From positions 10,969-74,968 of the IMG/VR virus record IMGVR_UViG_3300031576_000030: a DNA stretch of 64,000 nt; one strand, 5' to 3'. Within the stretch, counting starts at the first letter, position 1. Each line of letters opens with the position of its first letter. The notes under the pieces were generated by a model. The model saw only the letters and a list, made by a program, of their open reading frames with translations, did no database searches and was not told the DNA's origin. This DNA is from a virus. Below, in pieces: positions 37,467 through 45,618 of the stretch. The translations under genes were made by a program, and so were the position numbers.

Positions 37467-37686
37467 AATCCACCGGAGCGCGGTGGGCAGCACTTTAGTC
37501 ATGCATGTGCAGATCGGGCCACACATGGGCAATCTTATCGGGCGTCTCGGCATAAATTTTCTCGACTTTTCCGAGTACCATCCCGATGCCATCTATCCTT
37601 GGCCCATCAGCGGCTCGATGATCACCACACTCGTCAATCAGTTAAACGAAGTAAGGGGGATAGACCGCTCGCCAGGCGCGGGATAG
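37435..37686 (+). CDS. Hypothetical protein
   Basis: ORF in operon orientation. Confidence 0.45.
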   Translation: MTISIKFGNCKIHRSAVGSTLVMHVQIGPHMGNLIGRLGINFLDFSEYHPDAIYPWPISGSMITTLVNQLNEVRGIDRSPGAG

Positions 37687-37825
37687 AAAAGTCCGGGGGG
37701 CCGAAAACTGGCGGGGCGCGTTACACAGCCAGGCGTTGCAACCCACCGACCGCAGCGAGGCACGCCGGGAACCATCACAGGCAATGGCCGACGCGCAGGG
37801 GGATCTCATAGAAAAGGAGAGACGC

Positions 37826-38032
37826 ATGAATGATACAGAACTGGTCACGAAGTTGGAAGCCCTGTGGCAATCACTCAAGAAGGATGCTGCCAGGAGCCGC
37901 GATAAGAGCCACTGGTACCGGGCGAGGGGAGACGAACCCTATGCGGAGTTTCACTTTGGGCAGTGTATCGCCTACGAATTTACTGCCCAGGAACTATACC
38001 ACATCCTCCACCCCTGGAAGCCTGGGGAATGA
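37826..38032 (+). CDS. Hypothetical protein
   Basis: AAGGAG RBS. Confidence 0.6.
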   Translation: MNDTELVTKLEALWQSLKKDAARSRDKSHWYRARGDEPYAEFHFGQCIAYEFTAQELYHILHPWKPGE

Positions 38033-38241
38033 AGACCGGGATGCTGTGGTTCGACAGCGGAGAACGCAGCCTTCAGGAGAAGATCATGCGGGCCGCCGCC
38101 CACTATCGGCAGAAGTACGGTCACTCGGCCACGGTGTGCTATGTCAACCCCTCCGAGACTCTCACGCCCAACCTGCCGCTACGTGTGGAGTATTCAGCCA
38201 CCGTTCTCAAGAACCACTACTGGCTGGGGGTGGACATATAA
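38029..38241 (+). CDS. Hypothetical protein
   Basis: GMLWFD...AAAHYRQKYG...CYVNP; ATGA-coupled. Confidence 0.65.
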   Translation: MKTGMLWFDSGERSLQEKIMRAAAHYRQKYGHSATVCYVNPSETLTPNLPLRVEYSATVLKNHYWLGVDI

Positions 38242-38259
38242 TGATCGATGGAGGTATCG

Positions 38260-38568
38260 ATGATATTCAATCGTTGGGAGACTTACCGTGGACACCTATT
38301 GAGCGCCCTGCCGCAGCATTTCGTGTGCGCGGAGTGCGGTGGGCGTTTCGTCCTGCGCGCCGTGGGCAACCATACCACCGCCGTCGAGTGCGCCGCCGAC
38401 AATGACCACTCCGGCTTTGCCGCGCAACAGGAGTACGACGAGGCCCAGCCTCCCCTCGGCCAAGAGACTGTGCGGCAGGACGTACTTCAGGGGGCAATGG
38501 ACTTCATCCCTGGCCTGAGGCGGGCGCTGAACGAACGCGCCCGCAAGGCCCTATTTGGAGAGGACTGA
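38260..38568 (+). CDS. Hypothetical zinc-binding protein
   Basis: GGAGG RBS; CAECGG...C....H. Confidence 0.6.
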   Translation: MIFNRWETYRGHLLSALPQHFVCAECGGRFVLRAVGNHTTAVECAADNDHSGFAAQQEYDEAQPPLGQETVRQDVLQGAMDFIPGLRRALNERARKALFGED

Positions 38569-38569
38569 C

Positions 38570-39607
38570 ATGGCGACCGACAAGCAATTCAACGAACTGA
38601 TGCCGATGATGCAGGCGCAGAGCGCATCGCTCTTTCACTCCATCACCCGCGTCGAGGTGACGATCTCCCCCAACACGGACGATAAGGAGGTGTACGCCCA
38701 ATCGGGACGGCTGGCGCTGACCGGTCTCGCCATCGCAAAACTGGCGACGGCGGCGGGCATCCGCAGCGTACCCAACGAGAACTACCCCACCGACGACGGC
38801 AAGCACCCGCACTACCGATCCTGGCATTGGGCCGGTCAGTGGACGCAGCCGGACGGCATGGAACTGCAACTGGCCGGGGACTACACCCTCGATCTGCGCG
38901 AGACGGTCGAGGTGGACGGCCAGAAGATCTACGGCCCGCGCTTCGAGAAGGCGTTGTACGACAACCGACTCAAACTGTCCTTCAGCCAGGCCAAGACCGA
39001 AAAGATGAACGAGGCGATCCGCTACCTGGACAATCTGGTCGGCGAGGCGAAAGACACGCTCGAGGCCAAGTCCCTGGACATGACGCGGCGTGAGATGGCC
39101 GCGCGCCGCATCCACATCACTTCCCTGGCCCAGACCGGCGCGATGGATCGGGCGGTGCGCAAGTTGCTGCAACTCAAGGCCACCTACACCGCCCAGGAAC
39201 TCCAGCGTCCCTTCGTCGTCTACCGCAGCCGTTTCGATTTCGATTTGATGGCCGAGCGATTGGGACCGGAGCAGACACGAATCTTGGCAATCGCGGCGGC
39301 CTCCAAGACGCTGGGCGTCGACGTCGACACCCTGAGGCAGATCGCCGCACCGCCCACCAATGGCGGCGAGTCCCCCGACACGTCGATCCCCCTGCCCTGG
39401 CGCGAAGGCAAGGCGGAAGCGGCAGACCATCTCGACGCCAAGTTGGACATCGCTCTGGTGGAGCGGGCGAAAGCCGTCATCAAGCCCTCCGCCCACCTGC
39501 GCAACCACCTCAAGAAACACTATCAGGCGGCCAAGTGGGGCGACCTGACCTACGAACAGGCGGTCGGCCTGTGGCAACACCTGGAGATGATCGATGGCGA
39601 AGTCTGA
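38570..39607 (+). CDS. Phage protein, possibly recombination/single-strand annealing
   Basis: AQTGAMDRAVRKLL..YTAQEL resembles annealase motifs; weak. Confidence 0.45.
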   Translation: MATDKQFNELMPMMQAQSASLFHSITRVEVTISPNTDDKEVYAQSGRLALTGLAIAKLATAAGIRSVPNENYPTDDGKHPHYRSWHWAGQWTQPDGMELQLAGDYTLDLRETVEVDGQKIYGPRFEKALYDNRLKLSFSQAKTEKMNEAIRYLDNLVGEAKDTLEAKSLDMTRREMAARRIHITSLAQTGAMDRAVRKLLQLKATYTAQELQRPFVVYRSRFDFDLMAERLGPEQTRILAIAAASKTLGVDVDTLRQIAAPPTNGGESPDTSIPLPWREGKAEAADHLDAKLDIALVERAKAVIKPSAHLRNHLKKHYQAAKWGDLTYEQAVGLWQHLEMIDGEV

Positions 39608-40259
39608 GGTCGTTTCGCTCGATCAAGCCGTGCGTTCTCACCGATTCTCTGCCCTGAGCCGCATCATCCAGGAGGCGCGGGAGCGATCTATGAAATATAC
39701 CCGCCTCTACTGGGGCGCGGTGTATGAGATCTACCGCGACCGGCTATGGGATGCTGAGTACGAGTCTCAGGCCGACTGGATCGGCTCATTCAGCGTGGAG
39801 CCGTTCGGCCCCTCGCGGTCGATGCTGATGCAAGTCATGCAGACCTTCGACGCATTGACGCAGAACGGCCTGACGCTGCCCCAGGCCCGCGATGCCGTGG
39901 GCAGCGGCAAGACGGCCATCCTTCACGACCTGAGCAGACTCTTCAACCGCGTCGGTCGCCGCACCTTCAGCCTTAAAGCCTCGGTGCGGCGGCAGATGAA
40001 AGGCCGTAGCCTGGCGCAGGTGGTCGACGATCTGTCTCAGATGGGCGACGGCGCAGCCCGCGCGGAAGTCGGATCGTTTCTCGGACAGCACCAGGTCTTC
40101 TGCATCGACCGGGTGTGGTCGGGACGGAGTCTCCTGATACGGTTGGCGGAGAAGAACGCCAACGGCAGGAACTACTATTATGACGTAGTGATACGCCTGA
40201 GCCGCCATAGCCCGGCGGTCGAGTCGTATCTGGAAAAGAAGTTCAATCCGGTCGAATAG
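39594..40259 (+). CDS. Hypothetical protein
   Basis: Long ORF in operon. Confidence 0.65.
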   Translation: MAKSEVVSLDQAVRSHRFSALSRIIQEARERSMKYTRLYWGAVYEIYRDRLWDAEYESQADWIGSFSVEPFGPSRSMLMQVMQTFDALTQNGLTLPQARDAVGSGKTAILHDLSRLFNRVGRRTFSLKASVRRQMKGRSLAQVVDDLSQMGDGAARAEVGSFLGQHQVFCIDRVWSGRSLLIRLAEKNANGRNYYYDVVIRLSRHSPAVESYLEKKFNPVE

Positions 40260-40269
40260 AGGCGAGAGA

Positions 40270-41895
40270 ATGAATATAGGATTCAATCTACCCCAGGACA
40301 TGATCACCCAGACCTTTGCCATCCTCGCCAAGCGGCGGACGGGCAAGACCTACACCGCCTCGGTCATGGCCGAGGAGATGGTCAAAGCCGAATTGCCCTT
40401 CGTCGTGCTAGACCCGACCGGGGCCTGGTGGGGGCTACGGGCCTCCGCCGATGGCAAGCGCGAGGGCCTGCCGGTGATCGTCATCGGCGGCGCGCACGGC
40501 GACCTGCCGCTGGAGGCGCATTCGGGCAGGCTGATCGCGGAGATTGTGGTCGAGCATCCAGGCTGGTACGTGATCGATCTATCGCTGAGCCAATCCAACG
40601 CGGAGCAAGACCGCTTCGCCCTGGACTTCGCCGAACGGATATATCGCCTGAAAGAAAAGCACCGTGAGCCGCTGCACCTGTTCGTCGACGAGGCCGACTC
40701 CTTTGCCCCGCAGCGGCCTATCCGAGGCCAGGAACGCATGTTGGGAGCCTACGAGTCCCTGGTGCGTCGCGGCGGCATCCGGGGGGTGGGCGTGACGCTG
40801 ATCACCCAACGGCCCGCCGTGCTCAACAAGAACGTACTCACCCAGACCGAGGTGCTGATCGTCTTGCAGATCACCGCGCCGCAAGACCAAAAGGCCATCG
40901 ACGACTGGGTGCGTCAGAACGGCACAAAAGAGGAACGAGATACTCTGATGGCCTCGCTTGCCTCGCTCAAGCAGGGCGAGGCCTGGGTCTGGTCGCCGTC
41001 CTGGTTGGAGAAGTTCGAGCGGGTGAGGATCCGCCAGCGCGAGACGTTCAACTCCTCGGCCACCCCCAAGGCCGGGGAGCGGGCGGTCGTGCCGCAGCGC
41101 TTCGCCGCAGTCGACTTGGAGAAATTGCGCGCGCGAATCTTGGGTACCACGCAGCGCGTCCAGCAGGAAGACCCTCAGACGCTGCGCGAGGAGATCGCCG
41201 CCTTACGCCGACAATTGAACGCCCGCCCGACCGAGGTGCGCGAGGTGATTAAAGAGGTCTTCCCCGACGCGCTGCGCTCCAGCCTATCCGCCGCCCTGGA
41301 AGATGTCCATACCTCGCTGGAGGGTGTTGGCACGTCTCTGTCCCATGTGGAGGCGCTGCTCCAGCCGGTAGAGGCCATCCAGCCTGCCGATCACAAGACG
41401 GTCAAGGGGCTGCGGCGCGGGGGATGGCAGATACTCGCCACGCTGTCGGCTTACAACAGCCTGACCCCCGCCCAACTTGCCACGCTGTCGTACATGGCGA
41501 AGTCAGGCACGTTCCAGACCTACCTCAGCCAATTGCGCCAGTTCGGGTTCATCGAGTCAAATGGCAGGGGCCTGGCGATCACCGAACGTGGACTATTCCA
41601 TTACACGGAGAATCGCGAGCCGCTGCTGCCGCCACCGGCCACCACACAGGAGATCGTCGCGGCCTGGTCGGTCAAACTCCGCAGCGGTGCGCGGCGCATG
41701 CTGGCGGCCTTGATACCCCATTATCCGCGCGGTATCAGCCGGGGTACCCTGGCGAGCGAGGCGGGCTTGCAGAAGTCGGGTACGTTCCAGACGTACCTGT
41801 CCACCTTGAAGCGCCTGGGTCTGGCCGAGACCGGAATCAACACCGTCAAGGCTAGTCCCACCTTGTTCTTGAATCGAGGAGGCAACCATGAGTGA
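40270..41895 (+). CDS. HerA/FtsK-superfamily (DUF87-like) ATPase with two C-terminal winged-HTH-like repeats
   Basis: AKRRTGKT, VLDPTG, LFVDEAD, ITQRPA; KSGTFQTYLS twice. Confidence 0.8.
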   Translation: MNIGFNLPQDMITQTFAILAKRRTGKTYTASVMAEEMVKAELPFVVLDPTGAWWGLRASADGKREGLPVIVIGGAHGDLPLEAHSGRLIAEIVVEHPGWYVIDLSLSQSNAEQDRFALDFAERIYRLKEKHREPLHLFVDEADSFAPQRPIRGQERMLGAYESLVRRGGIRGVGVTLITQRPAVLNKNVLTQTEVLIVLQITAPQDQKAIDDWVRQNGTKEERDTLMASLASLKQGEAWVWSPSWLEKFERVRIRQRETFNSSATPKAGERAVVPQRFAAVDLEKLRARILGTTQRVQQEDPQTLREEIAALRRQLNARPTEVREVIKEVFPDALRSSLSAALEDVHTSLEGVGTSLSHVEALLQPVEAIQPADHKTVKGLRRGGWQILATLSAYNSLTPAQLATLSYMAKSGTFQTYLSQLRQFGFIESNGRGLAITERGLFHYTENREPLLPPPATTQEIVAAWSVKLRSGARRMLAALIPHYPRGISRGTLASEAGLQKSGTFQTYLSTLKRLGLAETGINTVKASPTLFLNRGGNHE

Positions 41896-42295
41896 AAAAA
41901 TTTACCTCGGCCATCGGGGGGAGGATGGCTCTCTTGAAGTAGAAGTCTTCGACCGAGACCGGAAAATTATCCAGCCCCTGCGCCACGTGGGCATCCACAG
42001 CCCGGATGGTTTCGAGTGGGGGTATGGCGGATCGGGCCCGGCAGACCTGGCCCTGTCCATCCTGGCCGACTTGTTCGACGAGGCGCTGCCGCTGTATGTG
42101 AACGCCAGCCGTGCCTGGGAGAAGACCGAGTGGCGCGACCAGGTGACAGACTGGAAGGCATGGCGTTACCACCAGGAGTTCAAATGGAAGTTCGTCGGCA
42201 GGCTCGGCCACTTCGATTGGCGACTGTCTTCGCTGTCCATCCTGGATTGGTTGGGCATCCGCAGTCTGTGGCCCGGCCCGTCGCGCATGGATTGA
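41888..42295 (+). CDS. DUF6166-like protein
   Basis: HSPDGFEWGYGGSGPADLALSIL. Confidence 0.75.
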   Translation: MSEKIYLGHRGEDGSLEVEVFDRDRKIIQPLRHVGIHSPDGFEWGYGGSGPADLALSILADLFDEALPLYVNASRAWEKTEWRDQVTDWKAWRYHQEFKWKFVGRLGHFDWRLSSLSILDWLGIRSLWPGPSRMD

Positions 42296-42463
42296 CCCAA
42301 AAAATTCCCGCCCTGCCCGAAATGCGGTCGCAAGGGCTTGCACTATCCCGACCATCCCCATGCCCGTGGCTTCAAGGACTACGACCGCCTGGTCTGCCGC
42401 TTCTGCAAGACCCGGTTCAAGATCACGATAAAGGAAAAGAAAGGCAGGGACAAGACACAATGA
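42292..42463 (+). pseudogene. Small CxxC...CxxC zinc-finger ORF without an in-frame start
   Basis: KFPPCPKCGRKGLH...VCRFCK follows the TGA at 42293-42295; TTG at 42292 is one base out of frame across an A6 run. Confidence 0.45.
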
Positions 42464-42900
42464 AACTCACCCGGAACCTGATTCATTCGATTTTGCGCCA
42501 CGCGGGTTTCCCCAGAGCGACGGCAAAGACTCTGCCATCGGGCTGGCAGAGATGGTCGAAGGGATACATCACCTTGAAGATTGTTCCCGACCCCATCAAC
42601 GATCACGTTGCGTTACAGTATTCCACCGATCCGAGCGACAAAGCCATGCTGGAGCGCTACCGGGAGGCGCTCGCCCGACGCAATGTTGAGTCGTTCATCC
42701 AGACCTATTATCCGAAAACGCCTTGGGAGTACCATACGCTTTACATCAAGATGGAATCGGATGTTGAAGGCGGTAGACACGAGTGCCCGACGTGCAAGCA
42801 GGTGTTCTCCACACGCCGAGGCCTATCCGCCCACCACACTTGGAAGCACCTCCCACCCTTTCAGGAATCTAATCAGGATAGGCCAGGGCACGACAAATGA
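42460..42900 (+). CDS. Hypothetical protein with C2H2 zinc finger
   Basis: CPTCKQVFSTRRGLSAHHTWKH. Confidence 0.65.
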   Translation: MKLTRNLIHSILRHAGFPRATAKTLPSGWQRWSKGYITLKIVPDPINDHVALQYSTDPSDKAMLERYREALARRNVESFIQTYYPKTPWEYHTLYIKMESDVEGGRHECPTCKQVFSTRRGLSAHHTWKHLPPFQESNQDRPGHDK

Positions 42901-43116
42901 CACCCTACCTCACCGGTCTATACTGGCTCACCATCCGGCCCGAATACGAGCCGACTCGTCCGGTTCGCGCTCACAAGAAAGGCATCACCCCATGATGGAT
43001 GCCTATGCCCTGGGGTTTTTCCACGGGGTGTTGGGTTGCCTGGCATCCTACGTGATCGCCACCGTCGTGACGGGCTTGGCCTGGTTCGAGTGGATGAAAC
43101 ACAAAGCGTCGGTGAG

Positions 43117-43533
43117 ATGAAGTTCCCTCCCGATGCGCGGTTATCCGCCTGGCGCATCCGCGTCCCACCGCTGGCGAGCGATGACAGTTATGGCAACAAC
43201 GGCGCATTCCTGGTGCCGGGGCCGCATCGGGTGGCGCTGCAGGTGATCGCTTCCGATGGAATGGGGTGGGATCACGTCAGCGTCAGCCCTCAAGCGCCGC
43301 GAACCCCTTTATGGGACGAGATGGACTTCGTGAAGTCCATCTTTTGGGACGACAAAGAGGCCGTCATGCAACTGCACCCGCCCCGATCTACTTGGGTAAA
43401 TAACCATCCGTATGTGTTGCACCTATGGCGACCTCTGGGCGGGATAGAGATTCCGCTGCCGCCTGAGAACCTGGTGGGGATCAAAGCGGCGGGTACATTC
43501 GACGTCAAGTTCAGTGCAACACGATCATCTTAA
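43117..43533 (+). CDS. Conserved phage hypothetical protein
   Basis: GNNGAF, ASDGMGWDHVSVS, WDEMDFVKSIFW, LHLWRP. Confidence 0.75.
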   Translation: MKFPPDARLSAWRIRVPPLASDDSYGNNGAFLVPGPHRVALQVIASDGMGWDHVSVSPQAPRTPLWDEMDFVKSIFWDDKEAVMQLHPPRSTWVNNHPYVLHLWRPLGGIEIPLPPENLVGIKAAGTFDVKFSATRSS

Positions 43534-43543
43534 GGAGGTGGAC

Positions 43544-44176
43544 ATGAACAATATCACCACGACCCAGTACGACCTGCACATCACCCTGACCGCGCCGCTG
43601 CTGGGGACACAGCCGCCCAAAGACGTGGCGACCAAGTACCTAACCAGCCAGGTTCTCGACGCAGCCCGCTTGCCATCGAATGTAGTAGAGGTAGGCGACG
43701 ACACCGTGGCCGCCGCAGACGAGTTGGAGACTCTGCCCGAACTGCTGGAGCGCGGCACGACCGCCTTCCACACCCTGGACGGTCGGCCCATCCTGTACAA
43801 CTACCACGTCAAGGGCTTTCTCAAGGAGGCGGGTTCGGTCTTCAACGGCCTGCGCGGAGTCAAGAACCTGCGCTCCAAGATCGACTCGTTGGTGTTCGTG
43901 ACGCCCCGACGCATCGAGTTGTACCACGACCAGCCGATGGGGATTCTGGAACGGCCTTTGCGGGCCATGACCGCCCAAGGCCCGCGCACAGCGCTCGCCC
44001 GTTCCGAGATGTTGCCGGAGGGGACACGCTTTGACTGCCTCTTGGAAGTCTACGACGGCCCGATCAGCCATCTACTGCTGACCGACCTCCTCAGTTATGG
44101 AGAAAAAAAGGGGCTGGGTCAGTGGCGGAACTCTTCCGTCTACGGCACGTTTTCCTTCGTCCTCGTCAAGCGATAG
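43544..44176 (+). CDS. Stand-alone RAMP-superfamily (Cas7-like, Vipr-like) protein
   Basis: AAGGAGG RBS; ITLTAPLLGT first strand, HVKGFLKEA helix, SEMLPEGTRF, C-terminal G-rich loop YGEKKGLGQWRNSSVYGTF. Confidence 0.75.
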   Translation: MNNITTTQYDLHITLTAPLLGTQPPKDVATKYLTSQVLDAARLPSNVVEVGDDTVAAADELETLPELLERGTTAFHTLDGRPILYNYHVKGFLKEAGSVFNGLRGVKNLRSKIDSLVFVTPRRIELYHDQPMGILERPLRAMTAQGPRTALARSEMLPEGTRFDCLLEVYDGPISHLLLTDLLSYGEKKGLGQWRNSSVYGTFSFVLVKR

Positions 44177-44464
44177 CGAGGTATCGTATCGTGAGTGCCC
44201 GGTGTTGCATTGCGTTGCATGGGCATGGTGAGGTGGAGTGAAGCGTTGCTCTGGCAGGGTGAAGCAGGGTGTAGTCCGGCATAGCAACCGCAGAGTATGG
44301 ACGAGTGTTGCGAACGCGATGTGGAGTAAGGCGCCGTTTAGCGCAGGTATAGTTCGGTGTTTCGCAGCACCAGCGAGGTTGTGCCAAGTGGAGCGAAGGC
44401 GCAGTACGGTTTGGCAGCGCGAGGGCAAAGCCAGGTGATGTACCGCTCAGGTATAGCGGGGTGG
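44175..44464 (+). ncRNA. Periodic NGY-NN pentamer array, candidate guide RNA array
   Basis: 56 pentamers (54 match NGY-NN) in 11 blocks separated by single extra bases, starting at the RAMP stop codon. Confidence 0.75.
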
Positions 44465-44631
44465 GAATCACCGGCATACTGACCATAACCTTTGTGGTCT
44501 TGAAGTTAGCCCACGTGATTGATTGGTCGTGGGTGTGGGTACTTGCCCCCGCGTGGGGGACGTGCTTGCTGATACCCTTGTTCGTGGCGACTTTCATCGC
44601 CTTGACCTTCCTGTTGGAACTGCGGAAGTGA
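44461..44631 (+). CDS. 56-aa phage membrane protein
   Basis: GILTITFVVLKLAHVIDWSWVWVLAPAW, a familiar phage transmembrane motif; GTG start. Confidence 0.7.
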   Translation: MGITGILTITFVVLKLAHVIDWSWVWVLAPAWGTCLLIPLFVATFIALTFLLELRK

Positions 44632-44639
44632 AACACAGT

Positions 44640-44668
44640 CGGGCCGGGAGTAAGTCATTCCCGGCCCG
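44640..44668. terminator. Hairpin between convergent transcription units
   Basis: CGGGCCGGGA-loop-TCCCGGCCCG 10-bp stem. Confidence 0.65.
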
Positions 44669-44676
44669 CGTGGTGA

Positions 44677-45078
44677 TCAGGGCTTGCGCGATGCGGTCAG
44701 CGCATCCACCACGCCCTTGCCCAAAATCGCCATGACCAGGAACTCACTGAGCAGGGTCACGGCGTCCTCGGGGATGCTGATGCCCACGGCGGTGAGGCCG
44801 GAAACGCCCAACTGGGCCAACACTGCGATGAGGGCCATCCTCATCTTCTGCCCCTTGAGTACCGCGATGCCACTGGAGTAGTTGGGCTTGTAAGCCCCCT
44901 CGAAGATAGCCCCCACCACCACTGCCCAGGCAGCGGTGATGGCGGTCGTCACCGCCTCCACCGGCAGGGCGATCCCGGCCCTCGGTGCCAACAGCCCCAG
45001 GGCCGTCACCACCAGAGCGACTACGACGGTCGTGACCTCGTTGCGCTTCAGGAAATTGCCAATCGCGCTTGTGCTCAT
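44677..45078 (-). CDS. Holin-like membrane protein
   Basis: Two similar TM hairpins (GIALPVEAVT / GISIPEDAVT); end of lysis cluster. Confidence 0.6.
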   Translation of the reverse strand: MSTSAIGNFLKRNEVTTVVVALVVTALGLLAPRAGIALPVEAVTTAITAAWAVVVGAIFEGAYKPNYSSGIAVLKGQKMRMALIAVLAQLGVSGLTAVGISIPEDAVTLLSEFLVMAILGKGVVDALTASRKP

Positions 45079-45090
45079 GTTTGCCTCCGT

Positions 45091-45618
45091 TTACTGATAG
45101 GGCAGCGCCGCACACTGTTGCGGCCTCTGCTGCCTCGGGTACTGCCTCCAGATCGGATGCCGCTCCCCACTCCAATCAAACACCAGTGGAGGCCGGTAGA
45201 TACGCGGTGTTTCCCAATCCTCGGTCGGCGGCGGACACGCGCCGAACCACACCTGCCCCTGTACTCCTGTCTCAAAACCCAATCGGCGAGCCAGCCAGCG
45301 CGGCACCTCGGCCACCTCGCCGTTCACGTAGACGTTTCGCCAGAAGTGATGCCTGGCGCTGGTGTCCAGCACCAAGCAGGGTCCAAACCAAGGCCGGTCG
45401 CTCACCCTTACCCAGGCGATGCGCCCCAAGTGCGCCGGGGACATGGCCGAGATGCCGCAACGTTGGCGATAGGGCCGCAGGTCGTACCCCCGAAACCATG
45501 CCTGATCTTCCACCGTCTGCTGCGCCCCATAATTCACCAGAAGCCCCATCGACCACTGCGGCTGCGGCGTGAGCCAGGTCGTGACGGCAACGAGGGTCGC
45601 CAAGGTACTTGCAATCAC
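45091..45618 (-). CDS. Secreted hypothetical protein in the lysis cluster
   Basis: Hydrophobic N-terminus; GPCLVLD strand weakly suggests a double-psi beta-barrel. Confidence 0.55.
   Translation of the reverse strand: MIASTLATLVAVTTWLTPQPQWSMGLLVNYGAQQTVEDQAWFRGYDLRPYRQRCGISAMSPAHLGRIAWVRVSDRPWFGPCLVLDTSARHHFWRNVYVNGEVAEVPRWLARRLGFETGVQGQVWFGACPPPTEDWETPRIYRPPLVFDWSGERHPIWRQYPRQQRPQQCAALPYQ

Noticed and set aside
3357-42295. Genome-wide TGA recoding, suggested by two in-frame TGA cases
   Set aside because: Many genes end at TGA in ATGA/TGATG overlaps with the next start, and long genes are not fragmented under code 11.
44175-44464. Canonical CRISPR array next to the Cas7-like gene
   Set aside because: No identical 23-50-nt repeats separated by spacers; the order is pentamer periodicity only.
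44072-44636. ORFs 44072-44428(-), 44166-44636(-) and 44238-44438(+) as proteins
   Set aside because: They span the periodic array, lack a convincing RBS and have compositions dictated by the 5-nt pattern.
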